From contig NC_010631.1 in the NCBI RefSeq assembly GCF_000020025.1, forward strand, positions 1 to 32,000: a stretch of DNA of 32,000 nucleotides. The letters run 5' to 3'. Made by a program: the position numbers and the translations under genes. Shown here in pieces: positions 25,161 through 32,000 of this stretch (the first letter of the stretch is position 1; the number at the start of each line of letters is the position of its first letter). The DNA is from Nostoc punctiforme PCC 73102 (GTDB lineage Bacteria; Cyanobacteriota; Cyanobacteriia; Cyanobacteriales; Nostocaceae). The notes under the pieces were generated by a model that made no database searches, had not been told where the DNA came from, and saw only the letters and a list, made by a program, of their open reading frames with translations.

Positions 25161-26120
25161 ATGTCAAACATTCACACGTTGCAAAAAATTTTTCCTGCGG
25201 GTTTCGATAACGGTTACGGAAGCCTCAAACTTTTAGTCGATGGCTTTGAAGTAGTTCGTGTCCCCAGCTATATAACTAATGCCGAGATGGAAGATGTTCC
25301 AGGGCGCGTAGTTTTTAACGGTACTGCTTACACAGTTGGAGAGTCAGCTTACCGGACAGGGAATTATTTTGACCGCAACACAGACAATAATGAAAATAAA
25401 GTCAACAACGCATTATTGACTTTATTGGGTGCATTGGCACATCTACCACACCGTAAAGCTTGGCACTTAAAATTAGTCGTCAGCTTACATGATGTCGGTC
25501 TGGCTGAAGAATTACAAAAAGTACTCAATGGAGAATATCAGCCAATACTTGCTGGCAAACAATCAGACGTAAAAGTAGAAGTGCTGAAAGTTGTACTAGA
25601 GGGTATGGGTGCATTGTTTGGGCATCCACTACCAAAAAAATTAACCATTTTAGACTTTGGCAATGGAACAACCCTGTATTCTCGTTATAACCGGGGTCAG
25701 CGAGAAGTTCATACTGCTTACCCCATTGGTGTAGAAGTTCTCATCGATGATATTTCCCAAAAAATGAAACATTTGAATGGCGGAAAAATCGGAGATCCAT
25801 CCAAAATCCGATTTTGTTTGGAAATGGGGCATACCCGATACAGCCGTGACATCGATATCAAAGATATATACAGTGCTTCTTTGAAAGATTGGTATGAAAA
25901 ATACTTGAAGAAAGTGGTGAATCTGACATTGGATGCCAAGCACCAGGGGGATGAAATCTGGGCGATTGGTGGAGGCTGCCTCTTACCAGGATTTAAGAAG
26001 CTATTGGAGAAAAACGGCTTCAAAATCCTGGACAATCCGGTAGAAGCCAATGTCTCTGGGCTTTTAGAGATGGCAAAAACCATTAACAGTAAGAACCCAA
26101 CTACTACATCTTTTAAGTAA
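25161..26120 (+). CDS. parM: Actin-like segregation ATPase (ParM/StbA family)
   Basis: Actin-fold motifs GFDNGYGSLKL (phosphate 1), ILDFGNGTTLYS (phosphate 2) and IWAIGGGCLL (adenosine). 319 aa. Confidence 0.7.
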   Translation: MSNIHTLQKIFPAGFDNGYGSLKLLVDGFEVVRVPSYITNAEMEDVPGRVVFNGTAYTVGESAYRTGNYFDRNTDNNENKVNNALLTLLGALAHLPHRKAWHLKLVVSLHDVGLAEELQKVLNGEYQPILAGKQSDVKVEVLKVVLEGMGALFGHPLPKKLTILDFGNGTTLYSRYNRGQREVHTAYPIGVEVLIDDISQKMKHLNGGKIGDPSKIRFCLEMGHTRYSRDIDIKDIYSASLKDWYEKYLKKVVNLTLDAKHQGDEIWAIGGGCLLPGFKKLLEKNGFKILDNPVEANVSGLLEMAKTINSKNPTTTSFK

Positions 26121-26130
26121 AGTTATAACA

Positions 26131-26424
26131 ATGGCAGATAAAAAAGACTTAGCACCGGAAAAAATTCGCCTCAAAGATAATTACCGAGAGCGCATATTTG
26201 CAGAATCGCAAAAACTAGATAAAAGCTACCTGGACACCCTTTACTTTATCGTTGATTGCTATTTTGTTTTCATCAAGGCTGGATTACCTGCACAACTTTT
26301 ACCTTCCCCACCTATTAATACGGAATCAAACCAACTCACGTCTTGGACTGCAACTCCATTTCCAGAGGAGAAAGAAGAAGAAGATTCTTCAGGGGAAACA
26401 TTCAGCCTTGATTTTGATTTGTAA
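26131..26424 (+). CDS. Candidate ParR-like adaptor, 97 aa, with an acidic C-terminal tail (EEKEEEDSSGETFSLDFDL)
   Basis: Lies 10 nt downstream of the ParM-like gene in the canonical parC-parM-parR order. There is no sequence-family evidence. Confidence 0.4.
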   Translation: MADKKDLAPEKIRLKDNYRERIFAESQKLDKSYLDTLYFIVDCYFVFIKAGLPAQLLPSPPINTESNQLTSWTATPFPEEKEEEDSSGETFSLDFDL

Positions 26425-26638
26425 TCGTCAAAGGAAGTTGGCAACGCTAAAGAAAGGTGATTAGCCCTGAAAGCTTTGCCAGACCTCAACTGTAACCCTC
26501 AAATGTAACAATTAATGTAATAATTTTTGCAACTTAATTTTCTTACTTGGGCATTATTCAACTCCAGTAATAACAAAGTTGGACATTTTTTGTTATTCCC
26601 GGTAGGATTATTGCTATGAGCCTATCAAGAGGTAGCAG

Positions 26639-26896
26639 ATGAACGTTTCTCTGACCATAGAACTGGAAAAGTGGGTGCAATCCAAAGTTGAAAGCGGTAT
26701 GTACACTTCGGCTAGTGAAGTGATCCGTGAAGGTCTGCGCCTGCTCAAAGACCAGGATGCCCTCAAAGCAATACGCCTTGCCGAGTTAGGTAGGGAGATA
26801 CAGCAGGGGATTGATAGCGGAGAATCTACACCGCTAAACATGGATGAAATTATCGAATTGGCGAAACAACAACGGCAGACGAGAGAATCCCCATAA
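26639..26896 (+). CDS. parD: ParD-family type II antitoxin (CC2985/ParD1-3-4 type)
   Basis: The N-terminus MNVSLTIELEKWVQSKVESGMYTSASEVIREGLRLLKDQD is family-typical. Confidence 0.85.
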   Translation: MNVSLTIELEKWVQSKVESGMYTSASEVIREGLRLLKDQDALKAIRLAELGREIQQGIDSGESTPLNMDEIIELAKQQRQTRESP

Positions 26897-27198
26897 TGGC
26901 GACAATTCTTATAAAACCGTTAGCACAAGCTGATTTATTGGATATTTGGAATTTTATTGCCAGTGACAGCTTTGATAAAGCAGATCAGCTTCTAAAAAAA
27001 ATAGACAGTCAGCTTAAAATGTTGGCATCAAACCCCGGTATGGGAAGAAAACGCGATTCCTTAACACCAAATCTGCGGAGTTTTCCAGTAGGGAATTATC
27101 TAATTTTCTACCGGACTATAAACCAAGGTATTGAAGTCATTCGTGTTATACATGGGGCAAGAGACATTCAAAGCCTTTTTGAAAAAGATGATGAGTAA
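26896..27198 (+). CDS. parE: ParE/RelE-family type II toxin
   Basis: 1-nt overlap with parD. Family pattern A..DL..IW.FIA ... YLIFYR...GIEVIRVIHGARD. Confidence 0.85.
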   Translation: MATILIKPLAQADLLDIWNFIASDSFDKADQLLKKIDSQLKMLASNPGMGRKRDSLTPNLRSFPVGNYLIFYRTINQGIEVIRVIHGARDIQSLFEKDDE

Positions 27199-27213
27199 GT
27201 CGTTTTTCAATAG

Positions 27214-27318
27214 TTATATTTCTGCCAACACTGCTGCTTTCTCTTTATTACTTGACTTTAGATGTGCTAGACCTCGATTATAAGAAACCTGTGCTTGCTC
27301 TAGATTAGCTGTCTCCAT
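27214..27318 (-). CDS. Possible 34-aa micro-ORF (METANLEQAQVSYNRGLAHLKSSNKEKAAVLAEI) downstream of the giant ORF
   Basis: AAGGAG lies 8 nt upstream of the ATG at 27318. It is not in the supplied ORF track because it is too short. Confidence 0.25.
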   Translation of the reverse strand: METANLEQAQVSYNRGLAHLKSSNKEKAAVLAEI

Positions 27319-27367
27319 AGCGTTGTTCTCCTTTTTTATTGCTGAATAGGGCTATTCTAGGATAAAT

Positions 27368-30300
27368 CTATCTTTGTAAGTCTACTTGTTGTGTTTGAGA
27401 TTTAGCTAATATTTTATCAATTTGAGTATTAACATCCTCAAAAGTTTGCAATATCTGTGGAGTTAGTTTATTAGTCTGTAGCTGACCAGATTGCAAGTTG
27501 AAAATTACCTCCCCATCTTTCTGCGAAATAATTAAATCTCTCTGCTGGGTATTAAAAGCCAAATCATAAATCTTCCCTTGAACTTGAGTACCATTTTCAT
27601 CAGACTTACCCCAGACCATGCCAATCCTTTGAGCAATTTGAGTCAACCGACTGATGGCTTCAAGCTCAGATGTATCATTATTCATTGCTGTCAGCGCTTG
27701 GGCTGAGAATTGCTTACTAACTTTAAACTGATTGGCGACTTCCACAATGCGTTTTTTGTAATTTTCCGGCTTCCCTAACTTATCGGCGGCATTGTACCAT
27801 TTTCTCAAGTCATCAATAGTAACTGTTGGGGGCTTATCGATCCCTAGAGATTCGGTTTTTGCACTATTAGTAATATCTAGTGTGGGAGGATTAGTCGTCA
27901 GTGACAGCTTTGTATCTTTATTAGTATTAGGTGCAGTTTTAGTACTTTGTTGAGATAAAGGCAGTGGCGGTTGTTCTGAAGGTTTCAAAAATTGCGGTCG
28001 TGTGGCGAGGGAGTTAATTTTTTGTTGATATTCATTACTTGATTCAATCACAGCCCCAAATTTCTTAGTCATGCTCTCCAAAGTTTTGGCAGGGATAGAG
28101 CTATCAACCAGGTGAAATACCGCTAGACCTTTTTTGGTTTCCCCGATCGCATTTTCTATTGGTACTTGCTGATATTCAACATTTTGATTCTTTAACCATT
28201 GAGTAACAGTATCAGCTTTGTGATTGTCAACAGCCAAGCCCATAACTCCAAGTTTTTTGTTTGATTGGGTAGAAAATAAGAAAGTAGGACGTTCTTTAAT
28301 TTGCTGTAGAATTGGCTCACTACTATCAATCATCTGCTGTTGTTGAGGGTTAACTGATTGAGTCCCAAAAGCCTGAAATTCCTTCGTCCATTTCTGGGGA
28401 TATTCAACGGTATTAGGGTCAATTTGAGCGCAAATCACTGAGAAATTACTTTGAAGGATCGCAGGCGCAGGTGTCAGTTGTCCGGTTTTGAGTAGTCCAA
28501 GCTGTCTGAGCGCGTCTTTGTCTTTCTTAAAATGTAATACCCCCAAGGGTTCACCATTGAGAAATACTGCATCTCTAGTTTTTAAAGGTGGCGTTTCGAT
28601 AGTCAGTTTTCGGTAATCTCGATCCGAGAATGACTGACCAGAAAAATCATAAAAGTTGATTTTATTGATTTTGAGGAGATTCCCATTGGGGGACTCACCC
28701 AGCACAAAAGCTTGATCTCCAGCTTCAGAGATAGAAGTAAGTTTCAACTTCAGGGGATTACCATTTTTTAGGTAATCAACTTGTTTTAACTGCTGGATAG
28801 AATCACTGTCTAACTCACCCAGAGTCAAAGCATCAAGTTTGATTTTTACTGTTTTATCAGGAATCGGCACAGTGCCAAATTCTAAGTTTATGGGTTCGGC
28901 GTTAAAAACAAGTCCTGCATAAGAGAAGTTCTTAAGTTCGCGGATAGTAATTTCAACCGGCTCGTTTCCTGGTAGTCCAATAGTTACTTTGGCAGTAGCA
29001 GGTTCTAGCCCAATGAAATTAGCTTGCGCCTTTGTGCCAATTGGTAACATTCCAGCCCTGGTTTCGAGCATGGCGAATTCCTTATATTCGCCGTCAGCAT
29101 CCTGGACAAACATTAGCCTAGAAACGTGGCGTTCATGTCCCAGTGGGTGATGGCTAGCCCTGATTTCTATAGGATGTTTTTCATGAGCGTTCCAGTCTCG
29201 ACCCAAAAATTGATTCGCTTCATTATTTAATGTGACTAACTTCGGTTCGCTAAATTGCAGTTCCTCCAAGCGGGAGATAATCTCATTGGCGAAAGCAGCG
29301 AAGGCAAAATTAGAGACTTTTTTAGCGATCGCTTGGGGATTTGCGTTTTCTTTTCTTGCAACTTCAAGTTCATCTTGGCGGGATGCACAGATGTTCCAAG
29401 CGGCGGCGGCGGATGCAAGTTTTTCTGACTCTGGGATCGAGGCGTAAAATACTTCAGCCGCATCATTTGCCAAGGCAAAGAGTAGTTTAGTTTGGCTTCT
29501 GGTAAGTTCTGGTTTTAGTTCTAAGAGTTTAGCTCTTTGCGTGGTTATCCCCGCCTTGAGGTTGTGGTCAGTTACAGATTGCTGGCTAACTGTTCCCAAC
29601 TGACGGTATACAGGTTTTCCATCTTTATCGATTTCTCCATTAATCTGGGCGACTGCTAGTAATTTGTGGGGGCGTTCGCTACTTGTAAATTTAATTTCTT
29701 CTAGGCGAATGTTAAGTGTCTGGGCTTTCCAGATTAGGGGATGCCCGTAACGAGTTAGATTGGTAATTTCGAGTTGGCAAGACTGTGGAGTTTGGATGAT
29801 TGCTGATGGCCCCTTCTCGGTTTCCCGCCGTCGCTCCATACGTACCGCAGCGTTGAACTTCAGATCGAACTCGTACTTCGCAGCGATCGCTGCAAATTTT
29901 TGTTGTGGTGTAAATTCTACTCCTTTGAATAAGTCTTTAAACTGGACTATGGGACGCGATTCTAACTGTGATTGCTGGAAATATTTATTGGTTTGGCTAA
30001 TCAATAATTCTACTGGTGAGTAGCCCTTTGGTGTTATACCTGTGCTTAAATAAACTGAACGCGACTTTTTATCTTTAATATAGTTAACATCACGATACAA
30101 GTAGCGGTTGTTTTCCCTGATTTTATCCATCTCAGGTTTTTTAGCACTTTTGAATAAATCAACCGCTATTTGGTTTTGATAACACCCCTCACCAATCATT
30201 TCTCGGTACATCAGGCGGTTAACATCCATCGCCTGTTGAATATTTTCTGGGGTTCTTTCATCCAAAGCAAGTTCAACAAACCCTTGTATATAAGGCTTGT

Positions 30301-32000
30301 ATTCTTCTCGAATTAACTTTGGCTCTTTCTGGCGTTCTTGCTCAAACAGGGTTTCGTAATGGTTAGAAACTTGGTCTAAATAACTTGATTTCTGCTCAAA
30401 AGTACCGTAAGTCTTTAGGATTTCTATTTCTGATTCTAGAGCTTCCAATGCAGTAACTTGATTATTAATCACTCCCACGCTGATGCTATCGCTCATGTGG
30501 ATGGCGATTTTTTCAAAAGGCGGCTGGATTCCAGTTTCAGGATCGTAGAATGATTGTTTTGTGAGCTTAACTGTAGGGGAATAGGCGTTTTGGGGAAGAT
30601 TTCTTCGCTCTGCCTCTGCTGTTAAATTAGGATATAAGCTAGCTCTTGCCACACCAATGCAGTCACCATCGTAGTCTCGTGCTTGGCGTTCTGATTCAGT
30701 TTCTGCTGGATCTATTTCTTCAACATCAATCCCTTGCGCTTCTAACTCTGTAATTCTGGCTTGTATGCGCTTGTGGTCTTCGTCATTGACTACAATTATG
30801 CCTTTGAGGTCTTTACCATCTGGCCCGAGTCGATCTTTAACGTGCTTGTTAGCAGACACACACAATCCGTTAGAATTCAGAAAAGGAGAACGGAAGTTAA
30901 GAATTTTCTCTTCATTCTTTTCCCATGAAACACAGATTTCACCATTTTTTAAATCTTTGGATGGAATAATCATCCCTCGGTCAAAAGTAAGCGTTTTCCC
31001 TAAAGCGATATCTCGCCATTGGCTCTGTACAAACCGACTTAATTCCTGTTTAACTTTTTCCGTTTCTAATAACTGCTGATGACCCAACAAGTCAGCTTTG
31101 ATGAGCTTGTACATGAACAAGTCATCTTTAGTACCCTCGTCATCTAATTCTTCATCTGCATCTAAGTCATCATTTGTCCCTAAGTTTTTAACATCTGCTT
31201 CAAGGCTAGTAAGTTCTCCTATTTTTAATTTACTTTGGTTCAATGATTCTTTGCGTTTTTCATATTTTTCACAATAGTCAGCAGCAACTATTCTTGGGTC
31301 ATCTTGAATAGAGGCTAGTTTTTCAGCTTGTAGCTCTAATTCTTCGGCAAAATCTTTAATTCCTTGGGGGAAAGATGCTAAGAGTTGAGAGATAGACATT
31401 TGACCTTGCTGTGATTGTCCTTTTTCAGCCAACCAAATATTTTGCTGATATAATCCTGGCTTAATCTGTGGTTTAGTCGCCCTTGTTGGTCTGTCCTTAT
31501 CTGTTCCCTTAAAACTACTTATGGGGAGAATTATATCTATTTTTGGTTTATTTTTAGGATCTGCATATTTGATTTTATCAAGCTTGTATGGTCGCAGTGT
31601 CCCTTTTCCAAAACGATATTTAGTAGTATCTTCTCCGTCTCCTTCTACCCAACCAAATCGATGCTGAATAACACGGTAGCTTTTATCTTGCTGTGATTGT
31701 CTTAAAGTTAGCTTGTCATAAAGTTGGGTTGAAATTTGTCCATAACAGTCACCAACTAGTTTATATGCTAAATCATTTGATAATATTCCTCCGTTTTCAC
31801 CCCTGTTTTCAGTAGAATCATCTACTACCAAAATGTTTAGCTTTTCGTGAATCGCATTTTTACAATTCCCCAGGAAGATGGAACCATAAGCACCCCTGTC
31901 TTTACTGTCTGGACAAATTTTTTGAATCGTTTCTAAACATTCTTTTTCTCCATAAAGTAAGCGGGTCTTAGAAGATAATAATAAAATGTATCCATCTGGA
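27368..32000 (-). CDS. Giant protein (more than 1540 aa, 5' end outside the window) with an N-terminal two-barrel RdRP/YonO-like RNA polymerase motif set. The C-terminal ~900 aa are unassigned.
   Basis: The reading frame stays open from 31831 to 32000 (PDGYILLLSSKTRLLYGEKECLETIQKICPDSKDRGAYGSIFLGNCKNAIHEKLNI precedes the listed TTG). Motifs: GDCYGQIS (31730-31753), IQHRFG...RFGKGTL (31595-31666), FRSPFLNSNGLCV (30857-30895), DYDGD (30662-30676) and AVDLFKSAKK (30137-30166). Confidence 0.65.
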   Translation of the reverse strand, partial: PDGYILLLSSKTRLLYGEKECLETIQKICPDSKDRGAYGSIFLGNCKNAIHEKLNILVVDDSTENRGENGGILSNDLAYKLVGDCYGQISTQLYDKLTLRQSQQDKSYRVIQHRFGWVEGDGEDTTKYRFGKGTLRPYKLDKIKYADPKNKPKIDIILPISSFKGTDKDRPTRATKPQIKPGLYQQNIWLAEKGQSQQGQMSISQLLASFPQGIKDFAEELELQAEKLASIQDDPRIVAADYCEKYEKRKESLNQSKLKIGELTSLEADVKNLGTNDDLDADEELDDEGTKDDLFMYKLIKADLLGHQQLLETEKVKQELSRFVQSQWRDIALGKTLTFDRGMIIPSKDLKNGEICVSWEKNEEKILNFRSPFLNSNGLCVSANKHVKDRLGPDGKDLKGIIVVNDEDHKRIQARITELEAQGIDVEEIDPAETESERQARDYDGDCIGVARASLYPNLTAEAERRNLPQNAYSPTVKLTKQSFYDPETGIQPPFEKIAIHMSDSISVGVINNQVTALEALESEIEILKTYGTFEQKSSYLDQVSNHYETLFEQERQKEPKLIREEYKPYIQGFVELALDERTPENIQQAMDVNRLMYREMIGEGCYQNQIAVDLFKSAKKPEMDKIRENNRYLYRDVNYIKDKKSRSVYLSTGITPKGYSPVELLISQTNKYFQQSQLESRPIVQFKDLFKGVEFTPQQKFAAIAAKYEFDLKFNAAVRMERRRETEKGPSAIIQTPQSCQLEITNLTRYGHPLIWKAQTLNIRLEEIKFTSSERPHKLLAVAQINGEIDKDGKPVYRQLGTVSQQSVTDHNLKAGITTQRAKLLELKPELTRSQTKLLFALANDAAEVFYASIPESEKLASAAAAWNICASRQDELEVARKENANPQAIAKKVSNFAFAAFANEIISRLEELQFSEPKLVTLNNEANQFLGRDWNAHEKHPIEIRASHHPLGHERHVSRLMFVQDADGEYKEFAMLETRAGMLPIGTKAQANFIGLEPATAKVTIGLPGNEPVEITIRELKNFSYAGLVFNAEPINLEFGTVPIPDKTVKIKLDALTLGELDSDSIQQLKQVDYLKNGNPLKLKLTSISEAGDQAFVLGESPNGNLLKINKINFYDFSGQSFSDRDYRKLTIETPPLKTRDAVFLNGEPLGVLHFKKDKDALRQLGLLKTGQLTPAPAILQSNFSVICAQIDPNTVEYPQKWTKEFQAFGTQSVNPQQQQMIDSSEPILQQIKERPTFLFSTQSNKKLGVMGLAVDNHKADTVTQWLKNQNVEYQQVPIENAIGETKKGLAVFHLVDSSIPAKTLESMTKKFGAVIESSNEYQQKINSLATRPQFLKPSEQPPLPLSQQSTKTAPNTNKDTKLSLTTNPPTLDITNSAKTESLGIDKPPTVTIDDLRKWYNAADKLGKPENYKKRIVEVANQFKVSKQFSAQALTAMNNDTSELEAISRLTQIAQRIGMVWGKSDENGTQVQGKIYDLAFNTQQRDLIISQKDGEVIFNLQSGQLQTNKLTPQILQTFEDVNTQIDKILAKSQTQQVDLQR

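Noticed and set aside
25650-26489. Antisense or overlapping ORFs in the parM/parR region (25650-25943, 25718-26083, 26259-26489 on the minus strand; 26252-26464 on the plus strand)
   Set aside because: They are embedded opposite to, or out of frame with, better-supported genes.
26491-26597. TGTAAC/TGTAAT triplet (about 26491-26530) and the AATAACAAA...TTTGTTATT hairpin (26569-26597) as a parDE operator or terminator
   Set aside because: The elements are very AT-rich and short, so the stem is weak. Nothing distinguishes them from background AT-rich intergenic sequence.
29232-31079. Short ORFs inside the giant ORF (29232-29447 +, 29236-29478 -, 29760-30023 +, 30765-31079 +)
   Set aside because: They are shadow ORFs of a 4.6-kb continuous reading frame.

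Overview
This window reads as part of a large plasmid, or a plasmid-like accessory replicon, from a filamentous Nostoc/Anabaena-type cyanobacterium. Supporting signs are 13 exact HIP1 palindromes (GCGATCGC), tandem heptanucleotide repeats and AT-rich intergenic DNA. No rRNA, tRNA or CRISPR array was seen.

Layout:
- 68-4527 (+): a tightly packed cluster of unknown genes. It includes three small membrane or hypothetical proteins, a membrane-anchored P-loop NTPase and an HNH-like zinc-finger protein. A four-helix-bundle (23S rRNA IVS/Avd family) gene bracketed by inverted heptamer-repeat arrays interrupts the cluster.
- 4651-5923: an IS4-family insertion sequence sitting exactly at the stop codon of a small RHH gene.
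- 6639-10584: a MATE efflux gene and an ABC ATPase/permease pair.
- 10571-11836 (-): an AIPR-like (abortive infection family) gene with a long structured upstream region.
- 13480-18302: a complete Tn3-family transposon with 49-bp perfect inverted repeats and a 5-bp AATTT duplication. It carries an XRE/zinc-ribbon gene, a tyrosine recombinase and the transposase, and it splits region 4.2 of a sigma-70 gene.
- 19236-21482 (-): a RecD/TraA-type helicase upstream of that sigma gene.
- 21891-27198: stability modules. These are parAB, a second decayed sigma-70 pseudogene, a parC-like repeat field with ParM-like actin and a ParR candidate, and parDE toxin-antitoxin.
- 27368-32000 (-): a giant ORF that stays open to the window edge.

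The most interesting observation is that the N-terminal third of the giant ORF carries, in the correct order and spacing, the motif set of two-barrel RdRP/YonO-type RNA polymerases, including DYDGD. No conventional Rep or primase gene is recognisable anywhere in the window.
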